A DNA stretch of 63,155 nucleotides from Holosporales bacterium (GCA_031262205.1 JAISID010000020.1:1-63155); one strand, 5' to 3'. Numbered from the stretch's first letter, positions 1 through 10,386 are shown. Made by a program: numbers and translations. The notes: generated from the letters alone by a model not told the origin.

Positions 1-145
1 AATTGTAGAGAGAAAAGATCAAGATTTCTTTATCGCGACTCAAGCGCATCCGGAATTTAAATCCACTCCATTCTTACCGCATCCGTTGTTTTCAGCATTT
101 GTAGCAGCGGCGATAAAAAAGCGGAATAATAAAATTGCTCCTTGA
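1..145 (+). CDS. pyrG: CTP synthase, C-terminal end (partial, enters from window edge)
   Basis: Frame open from the window edge to TGA at 143-145. It translates ...[24 protein letters not shown]..., resembling the conserved HPEF.S.P...HPLF tail of the PyrG glutaminase domain. Confidence 0.6.
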   Translation, partial: IVERKDQDFFIATQAHPEFKSTPFLPHPLFSAFVAAAIKKRNNKIAP

Positions 146-288
146 GGAACCAAATAAAAAGACAAGATCAAAAAAAATGAAATCCGTAAATGAAATTTAC
201 AGGATGCCAAGGCGCGATTCCCTAAGCTCTGATTCTGAATAACTATAACACGATTTAGCAGTTATGAATTATGCCAATTCCATTTTCG

Positions 289-2430
289 CTATTCTCTAGT
301 CGCTTCGCGAACAAAATCCGCGCTTCTTAAAGAGGCTATTATTATAGTCAATTGAGCGGCGTCTGTTACTTCTATTTCCAATTGGCATCGGATAAAATTC
401 TCAAACTTTTCCCCGATTTTCAAATTAACAATATTTCCCTGTTTGTTTTCGATAATATTAGCGATCTTTGATAAGTTTCCAGATTCGTAAACCGCCGTTA
501 TGTAAACCCTAGCAAGGTATTTCAAGTCTCTCTCAAAAGCCGTCTTACTCCAAGAAAGATCAACCGTCCTAAAACCTAAGCTATTTTCATTTCTCTTAAA
601 GATAGGGCATTGCTCTATGTGGATTTCTATTTTCCCGCCCTCGCTCATAAGACCGACTATTTTATCGCCGGGGACGGGAGAACAACAATCCGTCGTCGCT
701 ATGGTAATATTTTTCGGTATTCCAAATATCGGCAATTCGTTTTTGTCTTGAGTTTTCTTATCGTTACATTTATCTTCAGGACATAATTTCAGATTTGCAT
801 TTTTTAAACTATTAAACGTTAGAAGTATTTCTCGCATTGTAATTTGCGAAGTTCCAATTGAATAAAACATATTAGAAGGAGTATTAAATTTTAGGGTCTT
901 GCTAAGAGCGGCCAAGTCGTCGCTCGTAATCTCTATCCCTTGTCCCTTAAAAAATTCGTCGAAATTACTTTTCCCTATCACTTCTAATCGTTCTTTCTCA
1001 AGGGCATTTAATGCTTTCCTAATAGCGGTTTTCGCCTTGGTCGTTAAAACATAGTTCTCCCAAGACGGCTCGGGGATTTGTTTGGAATCGACTATAACTT
1101 CCACTTGATCTCCATTTTCAATAACAGTCTTTAAAGGAGCGGGGCTGCCGTTTACCTTAATAGTCGCCGCATGGTTCCCAACGTCCGAATGAATCGAATA
1201 GGCAAAATCTAGAACCGTCGCGCTTTTCGGAAGCGAAACAATCGTCCCTTTTGGCGTTATACAAAAAACAGTATCGGACAATATCTCGGTTTTCGAATTT
1301 GCTAAAAATTCCTCCATAGTAGAAGTATTTTCAAGAATTTGCACTAAATTCTTTATCCACTGATAGTTATTTTGGTTCATAGATTTAACCGAGCCGTTCG
1401 TCTTATAATCGCAATGAGCGGCAATCCCATATTCCGCAACAAGATGCATTTCTTTTGTTCGAATTTGAACCTCAATCCTTTTATTAAGAGGACCTATGAC
1501 GCACGTATGAAGCGACTGATAGCTGTTGTTTTTAGGAGTACTTATATAATCTCGGAACCTTCCGGGAACGACAAGATAATTTCGGTGAATCCCGCCCAAA
1601 ACCTGATAGCATAAAGGGATTGCGTCTACTATTATCCTAAAAGCCATAATATCGGAAAGTTGCTCGAACGAGATATTCCGAACATTCATCTTTTCCCAAA
1701 TTGAATAAGGAGATTTCAACCTCCCTGAAATAGAGCACGAAATATCAAAAGACTTCACCAGCTTTAGAAGTTCGTTGGAAATCTCGGACACTATTTGTTC
1801 CGAGGCGTCGTATAAATAATTCAACCTGGATTTTATAGATTTATAAATATCTGGATATAACTCCATAAAGGCGATATCTTGCAATTCGTCTTTAATACCG
1901 ACCATACCGATTCTTTCGGCGAGCGGAGCATAAATCTCCAAAGTCTCCTTCGCGATAAACTGCCTTTTCAACTTTTTCTTCTTAAACTTAAGAGTCCGCA
2001 TATTATGAAGTCTGTCCGCTAGCTTTATAATGAGCACCCTAATGTCCGCTGCGGCAGATAATAATAGTTTCTTAAAATTCTCAGTTTGTTTTTCGGCGAG
2101 CGACGTATTTTCAAACTTTGAAAGTTTCGTCACGCCGTTGACTATATCGGCAACCGTTTGCCCAAACATCTCCGATATTTCTTTAGCGGTCGTATTAGTA
2201 TCTTCAATCGTGTCGTGCAAAAGTCCGGCTATTATAGTATCTTGATCCATCTTTAAGGAAATTAATATTTCCGCCACTTCAAGCGGATGTAAGAAAAACG
2301 GATCGCCAGATTCTCTTGTTTGCACCCCATGTTTTTCAAGAGCGAAAAGGTAAGCCTTTTCAATTGAATCGTTGCAAACATTGTCAGAATATTTCTTAAT
2401 CTCTGAAATAATGTTTTGCGGCGTTATCAA
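289..2430 (-). CDS. spoT: Bifunctional (p)ppGpp synthetase/hydrolase (RelA/SpoT homologue)
   Basis: 713 aa. HD hydrolase motifs (HPLEVAEIL, LHDTIEDT), RelA/SpoT synthetase core (YQSLHT), and TGS- and ACT-like C-terminal regions. Confidence 0.9.
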   Translation of the reverse strand: MITPQNIISEIKKYSDNVCNDSIEKAYLFALEKHGVQTRESGDPFFLHPLEVAEILISLKMDQDTIIAGLLHDTIEDTNTTAKEISEMFGQTVADIVNGVTKLSKFENTSLAEKQTENFKKLLLSAAADIRVLIIKLADRLHNMRTLKFKKKKLKRQFIAKETLEIYAPLAERIGMVGIKDELQDIAFMELYPDIYKSIKSRLNYLYDASEQIVSEISNELLKLVKSFDISCSISGRLKSPYSIWEKMNVRNISFEQLSDIMAFRIIVDAIPLCYQVLGGIHRNYLVVPGRFRDYISTPKNNSYQSLHTCVIGPLNKRIEVQIRTKEMHLVAEYGIAAHCDYKTNGSVKSMNQNNYQWIKNLVQILENTSTMEEFLANSKTEILSDTVFCITPKGTIVSLPKSATVLDFAYSIHSDVGNHAATIKVNGSPAPLKTVIENGDQVEVIVDSKQIPEPSWENYVLTTKAKTAIRKALNALEKERLEVIGKSNFDEFFKGQGIEITSDDLAALSKTLKFNTPSNMFYSIGTSQITMREILLTFNSLKNANLKLCPEDKCNDKKTQDKNELPIFGIPKNITIATTDCCSPVPGDKIVGLMSEGGKIEIHIEQCPIFKRNENSLGFRTVDLSWSKTAFERDLKYLARVYITAVYESGNLSKIANIIENKQGNIVNLKIGEKFENFIRCQLEIEVTDAAQLTIIIASLRSADFVREATRE

Positions 2431-2561
2431 AGCGAATCCAAAATCACAATATATAACCTTATAATTTTATTCTAAAATGTTAATATAAAATTTTCCTTAA
2501 AAATTATACGCTTTCAGTGCATCCTGCTTCACGCAGCAAAACGCCGCAATTAATATCGGCG

Positions 2562-3647
2562 TCAACTGAGCTGAATGACAGGCGGAATCTGAGAGTTTTC
2601 TGGAACGTTTAATTGACTCTTAGAAAACACAATTCCATCCTCAAGTATACCCTTCCTCAAGGCTCCAGGTTTCGTTCCTGCAACCATTAGTCCCCAATAA
2701 TCGCTTGTAACCGCATTATTAGAAAAATCCAGCATTTGTAAAACTCCATTCTCATTCTTGGCTACTTCAGACAAAATCGCCAAAACTCCGTCGCCAGTTA
2801 TTCCCGTTTCGTCTAATATTACAAATTTGAGAGCCGCCAAATTTGGCAGGTAACTCGCTAACAACGTCGCTCCTTCATCTCCAATTTTATTATGAGATAA
2901 ACTAATGCTAGAAACGAGTTTTGGATTGGCTTTCATAGTTTCAAGCAAAATCCCAAGACCGACGGCGGTCATTGAATTTCCCGCTAAATTTAAAGTTAGT
3001 TTCTCAACTCCTTTAGCCGCTAGCTCCCCTAGTTTCCGAGCAAAGTATTGAGCGTGCTCGTCCGTGAATTTCAATCCTTTTGCGCTTATAAATTTTAATC
3101 TCTCTATTTTTTCGCCGTTCGAAAATACAGGATCGACTGCGGCGACTATCGCTGGATCAATTTCTGCAACGTCTTCCTCAGGCGACGAATTTTTATCTAC
3201 AGTCGCAGTAGTCGTCGCAGCCGTCGGGGCATCGGCAGTAGTAGCGGCGGCATCTGTTTTAGGCTCTTCGACAGTCTCGGGCGAAGTTGTTTCCGCAGGC
3301 GCTGTTTTCCCTTTTACGTTAGACGCTAATTGCTCTCCTTTTTCCTTTGCTCCGTCAACTTTACTCTTCACCGTCTCCGCAACGCCGCTTGCTTTTGCAG
3401 ACGCAGCCCCCACGGCCGTTGCTATTTTGCTAGACGCCGTATTGCGAACTCCAGCTACCGTATCTATTCCTTTTTGTTTAACTGCGGCTACTTTCTTAGT
3501 CGCCTCGGTTTTAAGGACTCCAAGGACTCCTCCCGCCGCTCCTTTTATAGCGTCTAGAGCGGAGCCTGCGCTATAACCTGAAAAAATTGTTATAATAAAA
3601 CAAGTCTGAAAAAATAACAGCAGCGTTCTGCTCATTTCGCAACTCAT
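2562..3647 (-). CDS. Exported protein with Ala/Thr/Lys-rich low-complexity region and C-terminal ribonuclease-inhibitor-type leucine-rich repeats
   Basis: N-terminal hydrophobic signal-like segment, then repetitive amphipathic A/K/T-rich sequence. This is followed by about 28-residue repeats (LNLAGNSMTAVGLGILLETM..., ISLSHNKIGDEGATLLASYL..., LDETGITGDGVLAIL..., LDFSNNAVT) typical of RI/RNI-like LRRs. Confidence 0.6.
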   Translation of the reverse strand: MSCEMSRTLLLFFQTCFIITIFSGYSAGSALDAIKGAAGGVLGVLKTEATKKVAAVKQKGIDTVAGVRNTASSKIATAVGAASAKASGVAETVKSKVDGAKEKGEQLASNVKGKTAPAETTSPETVEEPKTDAAATTADAPTAATTTATVDKNSSPEEDVAEIDPAIVAAVDPVFSNGEKIERLKFISAKGLKFTDEHAQYFARKLGELAAKGVEKLTLNLAGNSMTAVGLGILLETMKANPKLVSSISLSHNKIGDEGATLLASYLPNLAALKFVILDETGITGDGVLAILSEVAKNENGVLQMLDFSNNAVTSDYWGLMVAGTKPGALRKGILEDGIVFSKSQLNVPENSQIPPVIQLS

Positions 3648-3709
3648 AATAATGTCGCCATATCAAAATGATACGGTTAAAACATTAAAATTCAGTTAAT
3701 GCGAGGCTT

Positions 3710-4783
3710 TTAATTTTCATTTAAACATTGCGATATAGCCGTCGCAATTTCTTCCGAGGGAATTTTACCTTCTGCAATTAATTTGGTTCTAAGTTTCTTA
3801 AAATTTTTAAGTTGAACATCTACGTTCAGCTTACTTGCCGCGATCGATATTTTTTCGGGAGAACAATCCTTTTGAATAAGTTCGGGAACGACCGCTTCTC
3901 CTAGGATTATATTTACAAGGGAAATAAATCTTACCTTAATCAAAGACCTGACTATCCAATATGAAACCCAAGATAATTTATAACAAACAACCATAGGGCA
4001 TTCGGAAAGAGCAAGCTGCAAAGTCGCGGTGCCGCTTGCGACTATGGCTAATTTCGCGGATTTATATAACTTTAATTTTTCGTCTTCATCCGAAACAATT
4101 TCTATATTTCCCGCTCCAATTATAGCTTTCACTAACGGCTCTAAATTCGGCAGCGTTGGAATCGCAATCCGTTTCGCTTCTATGTTTTCAAGCGACTTAA
4201 GAAAAATCGGCAGAAGCGTTTTAATTTCCTGCGTTCGGCTCCCTGGCATCAACAATAAAATATCTTCTTTTTCCCCATTCGCTCCAGCAAATTTTTCAAC
4301 AACGGGATGCCCGACAAACGTCGTTTTTAAACCATATTTAACAAAATACTGCGGTTCAAAATCAAACAGCGTCAAAAGTTGATCGTACAATTTAGCGACA
4401 GATTTCGCCCGCCCTGGTCTCCATGCCCACACGCTTGGGGCGACAAGATGCATCAATTTTATTTTTGGATCGCGCTTTCTCACTTTCTTCGCGACTCTAA
4501 AACAAAATCCAGGAGAGTCGATTGTTAGGATAGCGTCCGCTTTGTTAGTTAATATATCGTCGACAGTTTTATTAATTAGTCTTTTGATTTTCAAAATATG
4601 GGGAATTACTTCGATTAGGCCGCCGACGGAAATATCGTTTATATCAAAAAGGCTTTTAAATCCCTTGCTTTCCATGAGTTTTCCCCCAATTCCTTTAATA
4701 TTAACGCCTTTTAGTTTGTCGATTATGCCAGCGCCTAAAAAGTCTCCCGACGCCTCTCCTGCGATTATGTAAAGCCTTTTCAT
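3710..4783 (-). CDS. lpxB: Lipid-A-disaccharide synthase
   Basis: 357 aa. N-terminus MKRLYIIAGEASGDFLG and overall length and pattern are typical of LpxB. Confidence 0.85.
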   Translation of the reverse strand: MKRLYIIAGEASGDFLGAGIIDKLKGVNIKGIGGKLMESKGFKSLFDINDISVGGLIEVIPHILKIKRLINKTVDDILTNKADAILTIDSPGFCFRVAKKVRKRDPKIKLMHLVAPSVWAWRPGRAKSVAKLYDQLLTLFDFEPQYFVKYGLKTTFVGHPVVEKFAGANGEKEDILLLMPGSRTQEIKTLLPIFLKSLENIEAKRIAIPTLPNLEPLVKAIIGAGNIEIVSDEDEKLKLYKSAKLAIVASGTATLQLALSECPMVVCYKLSWVSYWIVRSLIKVRFISLVNIILGEAVVPELIQKDCSPEKISIAASKLNVDVQLKNFKKLRTKLIAEGKIPSEEIATAISQCLNEN

Positions 4784-4788
4784 AAAAC

Positions 4789-5307
4789 TTACCTTAAAAT
4801 AAATCGCTCGTTTAATATTATTAGTTTATTCTCAAGATCAATATCTAAAACGGATTCTTTGTTGAATGGAACGGTTCCGATTTTGCTGGCGTTTTCAAAC
4901 TTTATATCAAGTTTTATGTCAAGAAAAACCCCAGCACCGTAATCAAAAGCCGCAGCAATAACGCCTATTGGAACGCCGTTATTATCAACAGCGGTTAAGC
5001 CGTAGAGATCCGCTAAATAATACTCGTCGTCGCCCAAAGCCGAGAAATCGTTTCTATCGACGTATATTTTATTCGCCCTAAGCGCTTCCGCTTCGTCTCT
5101 ATTTTTACAACCGTTAAGAAAAGTTACAATCTCATTTTTCTCATTAATTTTGGGGCTTTCAAGGGAAATCTCCCTTTCATCGGCTAAAAAAAATTTTTTA
5201 AATTCTAAGAACGAATTGGGAGATTGCGTAAACGTATGAATTTTCACTTGCCCCTTAATCCCAACGGGTTTTGCGACGATGCCGACACAAACCCGTTTGG
5301 GATTCAT
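4789..5307 (-). CDS. rimM: 16S rRNA processing protein RimM
   Basis: 172 aa. Motif VGIVAKPVGIKGQVKI and a position directly downstream of rpsP (conserved rpsP-rimM order). Confidence 0.8.
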   Translation of the reverse strand: MNPKRVCVGIVAKPVGIKGQVKIHTFTQSPNSFLEFKKFFLADEREISLESPKINEKNEIVTFLNGCKNRDEAEALRANKIYVDRNDFSALGDDEYYLADLYGLTAVDNNGVPIGVIAAAFDYGAGVFLDIKLDIKFENASKIGTVPFNKESVLDIDLENKLIILNERFILR

Positions 5308-5670
5308 TTACGCTTCCGAAGGAGCGTTTTCAGCTTTTGCTTCGCTAGCCTCTTGAAGCCTCTTTTGAGCTTTCTCTTTAGGAGCGGACTTCTTAGGCGT
5401 ATTGCGAACCGCAGCTTTTTCAGTAATTTTAACTTCGGCTAATAGTTTGTCGACTCTATCGCTCGGTTTCGCCCCGATAGACAACCAATATTTCACTCTT
5501 TCTTCATTAACAACGAATCTAGCGGTATCGCTTTTTTCAAGAAGCGGGTTATACGAACCGAGTCTCTCAATAAAACGACCGTCTCTAGAAGCCGTATTTT
5601 CAGCGACGACAAGTCTGTAAAAAGGGCGTTTTTTAACTCCGCCCCTAGCTAATCTAATTTTTAAAGCCAT
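5308..5670 (-). CDS. rpsP: 30S ribosomal protein S16
   Basis: [23 protein letters not shown]... is a canonical S16 N-terminus, followed by a Lys/Ala-rich tail. Confidence 0.95.
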   Translation of the reverse strand: MALKIRLARGGVKKRPFYRLVVAENTASRDGRFIERLGSYNPLLEKSDTARFVVNEERVKYWLSIGAKPSDRVDKLLAEVKITEKAAVRNTPKKSAPKEKAQKRLQEASEAKAENAPSEA

Positions 5671-5921
5671 TTATTCCTTCTTTAAATCCAAATAATCGAC
5701 AACGTAATGCAGAAATTATACCGTATCTCAGAAGATAGTCAAAGAATTATGAGCTATCTTTTTTACCAAGCATTGTAGACGATTCTTAATCGCTGTCGTC
5801 GTATCGCAGCCAAGAAAGCTGAAGCTGGGGCCGATATAATACGCCATGTCATTAAGTTAGGGAATCATTATACTTTGCCGTCTCATGAATTTCATTTTTT
5901 TAGATGATAGTTAGCATATCT

Positions 5922-6136
5922 ATAATATTTGTCTTTCGGCGTACTTCGATTATACCGATTTATTAAAAGCGTAACTTGTCAAGGGACGCCTCGCTTTACT
6001 CGGCTCTCACGTCCTTGACAAGTCGCTTTATAAATCGGTCGAGATATCCTCGTTCCTAAAGATAAATATTATTGGGTGGAGCATTTGGTCATATAGTTTG
6101 GTTCCTTATCTTTAGCATTGGCATCCCGGAAGAGGG
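5922..6136 (+). repeat. Nested-palindrome dispersed repeat, copy 1 (about 218 bp family, orientation A)
   Basis: Three nested inverted-repeat pairs: ATAATATTTGTCTTT..GG/CC..AAAGATAAATATTAT, ACCGATTTAT/ATAAATCGGT and CTTGTCAAGGG/CCTTGACAAG. A conserved one-sided extension of about 65 bp follows. Aligns with 5 other copies in the window. Confidence 0.9.
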
Positions 6137-6193
6137 CAATTGATTAATAAGGCAATATTGGCGAATCTGAAGTAATAACAGTTCACAAACAAT

Positions 6194-6316
6194 GGGAATC
6201 CCCAACGTTTAACAGATAAATTAGAATTCTTATCAAAGGTGTATCACTAGAGTTTCTGAGTGCGCTTAAAATAATCCATTCATAAAAAAGAGCTACTATG
6301 CGTTAAGGAATGATTC
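6194..6316. repeat. Short intergenic module (type Y) bounded by GGGAATCCCC ... AAGGAATGATTC
   Basis: Aligns along its length with 21383-21507 and partly with about 49020-49075. The termini are imperfect inverted copies of GGAATCATCCCC. Confidence 0.75.
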
Positions 6317-6391
6317 TCTTAAGTTATAAAGAACCTCGATTTCTAAATAAAAGTTCGGAGTTAATACTACGGTAAGCAAGGCTAATTTTTC

Positions 6392-6497
6392 AGAATCATC
6401 CCCTAATACCGTTATAAATAGCGGTTGCATACAAGAAATAAAATTACTAATTAGAATCGACTAACCGCAAATGAAATTTGTGGTAAGGTATGACTCC
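6392..6497. repeat. Short intergenic module (type X) bounded by AGAATCATCCCCT ... AAGGTATGACTCC
   Basis: Aligns with 31477-31598 and 56184-56314. Shared blocks are ATAAATAGCGGTTGCATACAAGAAA and ATTAGAATCGACTAACCGCAAAT. Confidence 0.8.
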
Positions 6498-6516
6498 CAA
6501 ACTTTTTATACCGTTG

Positions 6517-6978
6517 TCATAACTCTGCAGGCTTCCACGAGCTGTCGTTTTGGACCCAAGTTTTTTGTTCTAAAAACGATGCGTTTTTATAATACGCAGC
6601 TCTTGCTTTGGCATTATCGATTAAGTTTAAATCAAATATATCGATCACTTTATTAAACGAACTTATATCGCCAAATTTAGTTATATCTATTCCGTTATGC
6701 AGCAAGCAATACGGGTTATTATAAAACACAATTTCCGTTGAAAACCAGACGTGGCAAAACTTTGCGTCTTCAATTGGCAACGCTTTTTTATTGCCGCTGG
6801 GAATAAAAGATAATCTTGAAAAAGTCCATAATCTAGAATTATAAAAATCAACCTCTTCTTCGTTGTCGCAAAGAAACAAAATAGGCTCCCGAATGGAATA
6901 CATCTTCTCCGCCAGCTTACACGCTATAGATATAAACTCTGATTTTATCCCATAGAAAACTACGCTTTTGCTTGACAT
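6517..6978 (-). CDS. holC: DNA polymerase III chi subunit
   Basis: 153 aa. The pattern VVFYG...ILFLCDNEEEVDFYNSRLWTFSRLSFIPSG resembles HolC (FY...L.....LW....F.PH). Confidence 0.65.
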   Translation of the reverse strand: MSSKSVVFYGIKSEFISIACKLAEKMYSIREPILFLCDNEEEVDFYNSRLWTFSRLSFIPSGNKKALPIEDAKFCHVWFSTEIVFYNNPYCLLHNGIDITKFGDISSFNKVIDIFDLNLIDNAKARAAYYKNASFLEQKTWVQNDSSWKPAEL

Positions 6979-7445
6979 TTCCGCTCTATCCGTTTCGATA
7001 TTTTTTCTAAAATAGCGTTTATAAAATGTACGAAATTATAATCGACAAAACTCTTAGCAATTTCAATATATTCGTTAATAATTACTGGTATATCCGTCTT
7101 CTCAAAAATCATTTCTATAATAGCGACTTTTATTATACTGACGCCTATTATTGGAGCATTACTTAAACTTTTGTCATATTCCAAATTGTTATTTATTATC
7201 TCGTCGAGATTCAGGCTTTCGGAAAACCTTCCGACAAGACTTTCTAAAAACTTATAATTTATTCCTTGGCAATCAGGATTTTGTTTAACATAATGCTCGA
7301 TAAAATTATTAATAATTTTCTGAATATCCACAGAAGACGTCGCGTTTATTTGATACATAATTTGAACGGCGGCTACTCTAGAAAGACGCTTTGACAATAT
7401 TTTTTTTTCAGACATAAAAGCCCTTTTAGCCTTCAAAGCAAGCAT
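6960..7445 (-). CDS. nusB: Transcription antitermination factor NusB (likely start at Met11, 7415)
   Basis: RLSRVAAVQIMYQ... and overall helical pattern and length are typical of NusB. It overlaps the holC start by 19 nt. Confidence 0.8.
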   Translation of the reverse strand: MLALKAKRAFMSEKKILSKRLSRVAAVQIMYQINATSSVDIQKIINNFIEHYVKQNPDCQGINYKFLESLVGRFSESLNLDEIINNNLEYDKSLSNAPIIGVSIIKVAIIEMIFEKTDIPVIINEYIEIAKSFVDYNFVHFINAILEKISKRIERKCQAKA

Positions 7446-7581
7446 TACTATAACACGCGGCGGTAAATAATTCCATAAGAAACGGGAAACTCCCTTTAAT
7501 TCTCGACTTAAGAATTTGTCAAAAAAGTAGTAGACTACGTTACATATAATTCACTTCTACGACATACATATTCGTTAAAAA

Positions 7582-8301
7582 ATGATCAAGAGACTTTTGG
7601 GAAGAGGATACGACGAGCTAAGACCAGTAGCTTTAGTCCCGCGCTATTACCAGCATGGCGACGGCTCGTGTTTTGTGAAATTCGGAGAAACGCATGTTAT
7701 TTGCGCCGCAACCATCGAAGAACGAGTCCCTATATTTTTGAGAAATACCAAAACAGGCTGGGTATCTGCAGAATACGGCATGCTTCCATGTTCATGCCAA
7801 GAAAGAACAGATAGAGAGGCAGCCAAAGGAAAACAGTTTGGGCGAACGCTTGAAATTCAAAGATTAATCGGGCGTTCTTTACGCTCTGTAATCGACCTAT
7901 CGATTCTTGGGGAAAGACAAATAAAAATAGATTGCGACGTTATTCAAGCCGACGGCGGAACGAGAACCGCCAGCATAACCGGAGCATTTGTCGCTATGTA
8001 TTTGGCATGTCAAAAGTTACTGAAAAACAAAAGCATTATCTCAAATCCAATAAAGGAACACGTCGTTGCAATTTCATGCGGAATCGTTAACGGCGAGCCT
8101 CTTCTAGATTTAGACTATGGAGAAGACTCGACGGCGGAAGTCGACTCTAATTTCATAATGTCGACTAATAACATCATCGAAATTCAGGCTTGCGGTGAAA
8201 AACGACCTTTCATAGAATCTGAATTTTTTGATCTTTTAAAGTATGCTAAAAAAGGGAAAGAGGAATTAATTACAAAGCAAAAGCAAGCGCTTGGTTTGTA
8301 A
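7582..8301 (+). CDS. rph: Ribonuclease PH
   Basis: 239 aa. GRGYDELRPV..., GWVSAEYGMLP and DCDVIQADGGTRTASITGAFVA are canonical RNase PH motifs. Confidence 0.9.
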   Translation: MIKRLLGRGYDELRPVALVPRYYQHGDGSCFVKFGETHVICAATIEERVPIFLRNTKTGWVSAEYGMLPCSCQERTDREAAKGKQFGRTLEIQRLIGRSLRSVIDLSILGERQIKIDCDVIQADGGTRTASITGAFVAMYLACQKLLKNKSIISNPIKEHVVAISCGIVNGEPLLDLDYGEDSTAEVDSNFIMSTNNIIEIQACGEKRPFIESEFFDLLKYAKKGKEELITKQKQALGL

Positions 8302-8686
8302 GACTAACTATCTTTGCGAATTTCTGAAGGCGGAATTTCTCTGAAAGCGGGTTTTGGAACTATCGTTAAATTCTGGCTTTGTATTTTCCGAACAAAGCGG
8401 TCGTTTACCAGCATATATAGACAGGACTAAGGTTCGCGCAAGGGATTGAACTGCAAGAGAAAATCCTATACCGAGGCGGACGGATATACGGGACGCGTCC
8501 CTGATTGCTCGTTTCTTCTAGTTTGTCATGATACAAATGGATGAGCAAAAGTCATTTGAAATATAACAGTCGCTCGCGTAAGATAACAACGGTAGTTTTG
8601 CCTTGACAAAACAAATTGCTTTTGACTTAAACTTATGCATTTTATAGACTACAATTAGTAGGTTGTTATCTTAGGCCATCCGTACT

Positions 8687-9958
8687 GTGATAGATATAAA
8701 TATCATATATAAAACCCCTGGAGTTTTAGACGAGGCATTGAAAGCAAGAAATAAAACTCCAATAGAAAAAACATTGTCGGCTTTAGATAAAAAATCTTGT
8801 TCCCTTCAAACTAAACTACAAAAAATTCAAGAAGAAAGGAATGCTAATTCAAAAACCTTCGGCATAGCCAAATCTAAGGGAGAAGATACTTCGGACATTT
8901 TAAAAAAGATGGAAACTTTAAAAAAAGAAATGGCCGAGGTTGAAAATGAAACAAATAAGGCAAAGACAGAATTTCTAGAGCTTCTCTATACCATTCCAAA
9001 CATTCCGTCTCCCGAGTGCCCTATCGGCATAGACGAAAATGCAAATATGGAAATAAGAAAATTTGGAACGCCGCAAACGTTAGACTTTAAACCTCTCGAA
9101 CATTACGAATTGGGAGCAAAATTAGGAATGATGAATTTTGAGAGAGCTAGCAAAATCGCCGGTTCAAGATTTGTTTTTCTATTTGGCGAACTTGCGAAAT
9201 TAGAGCGAGCATTAGCGCAATTTATGCTTGACGTTCACACAAAAGAAAACGGCTATACGGAAGTTTACGTTCCGCTTATTCTTGAAGGGAAAGCAATGTT
9301 TGGCGTCGGCCAACTTCCGAAATTTGAGGAAGACCTCTTCAAGACAACCGTCGATTCATATTTAATCCCAACTGCGGAAGCCTCTCTTACAAACATATAT
9401 AACGACGAAATCTTAAGCGAAGAGGAATTGCCGCTTAGATATACCGCATATACTCCTTGCTTTAGGTCTGAAGCTGGTTCCGCAGGCAGGGACACGGCAG
9501 GCATGTTGCGTCAACATCAATTCGGAAAGGTAGAACTTGTAAGCATAACGACTCCCGAACAATCGATTGCGGAACATGAGAGGATGACCGAATGCGCTGA
9601 GAAGATTCTTAAGAAGTTGAATCTACCGTTTAGAACAGTGGTATTATCAACTGGAGATATGGGATTTTGTTCTGAAAAAACTTACGACATTGAAGTCTGG
9701 CTTCCAGGGCAAGATAAATATCGAGAGATTTCAAGTTGCTCAAGATGCGGAGACTTTCAAGCGCGAAGGATGAATACTAGATTTAAAAACGGCAAGACAA
9801 AGAAAAACGAATTTGTCCATACCTTAAACGGCTCGGGAATAGCGGTCGGGCGTTGTTTAATTGCAGTCATGGAAAATTATCAACAAAATGACGGTTCCAT
9901 AGAAATCCCCGAGGCTTTGATTCCATATTTCGGGCAAGAAAAAATTGAAGCGAGATGA
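8687..9958 (+). CDS. serS: Seryl-tRNA synthetase (GTG start)
   Basis: 423 aa. N-terminal coiled-coil arm and class II motifs ([39 protein letters not shown]). Confidence 0.95.
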   Translation: MIDINIIYKTPGVLDEALKARNKTPIEKTLSALDKKSCSLQTKLQKIQEERNANSKTFGIAKSKGEDTSDILKKMETLKKEMAEVENETNKAKTEFLELLYTIPNIPSPECPIGIDENANMEIRKFGTPQTLDFKPLEHYELGAKLGMMNFERASKIAGSRFVFLFGELAKLERALAQFMLDVHTKENGYTEVYVPLILEGKAMFGVGQLPKFEEDLFKTTVDSYLIPTAEASLTNIYNDEILSEEELPLRYTAYTPCFRSEAGSAGRDTAGMLRQHQFGKVELVSITTPEQSIAEHERMTECAEKILKKLNLPFRTVVLSTGDMGFCSEKTYDIEVWLPGQDKYREISSCSRCGDFQARRMNTRFKNGKTKKNEFVHTLNGSGIAVGRCLIAVMENYQQNDGSIEIPEALIPYFGQEKIEAR

Positions 9959-10386
9959 GCAGATTAAAGTCGTACGTTTGCGTTTACTTATTTGTTAAAG
10001 ACAAGAATGAAGTTCTTTTGTCGTTAAGGCAAAATACAAATTTTTGCGACGGCATGTGGTCTATGATCGCAGGACATGTGGAAGACGGAGAAAGCGCGAC
10101 GCAAGCTATGATAAGAGAAGCTAAAGAAGAAGCGGGAATAGATATACATGCAAACGATCTCAACGCAATTTACGTCATGGATAGAATAGACTCAGATCGA
10201 CAGAATATTGAAATTTTCTTTAACTGTGAGAAATATTCAGGGGAATTAACAAATATGGAACCGAATAAGTGCGGCGGAATAGAATTTTTCGATATTAACA
10301 ATCTGCCGAAAAACACAATTCCATATATAAAAAAAGCAATTGAAGATATAGTACAAGACGAAAAATACGGAGAATTTGGATATTAA
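9955..10386 (+). CDS. NUDIX hydrolase
   Basis: NUDIX box [23 protein letters not shown]. There is a 4-nt ATGA overlap with the serS stop. Confidence 0.8.
   Translation: MSRLKSYVCVYLFVKDKNEVLLSLRQNTNFCDGMWSMIAGHVEDGESATQAMIREAKEEAGIDIHANDLNAIYVMDRIDSDRQNIEIFFNCEKYSGELTNMEPNKCGGIEFFDINNLPKNTIPYIKKAIEDIVQDEKYGEFGY

Noticed and set aside
1372-2245. ORFs 1372-1614 and 2030-2245 (+), antisense within spoT
   Set aside because: They lie entirely inside a well-supported 713-aa gene on the other strand. They have no motifs, and their composition is typical of antisense frames.
3064-3576. 170-aa Ala-rich ORF (+), and 3330-3557 (+), antisense to the LRR protein gene
   Set aside because: The open frames are a by-product of the GC-, Ala- and Thr-rich repetitive coding region on the minus strand. 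They have no start context or domain.
8302-8686. 385-bp spacer between rph and serS containing the GGGACGCGTCCC palindrome; examined for RNase P RNA, SRP RNA and 6S RNA
   Set aside because: None of the conserved cores I know is present (GGAAAGTCCGGGC for RNase P; GGTCCGGAAGGAAGCAGC for SRP). No claim is made.
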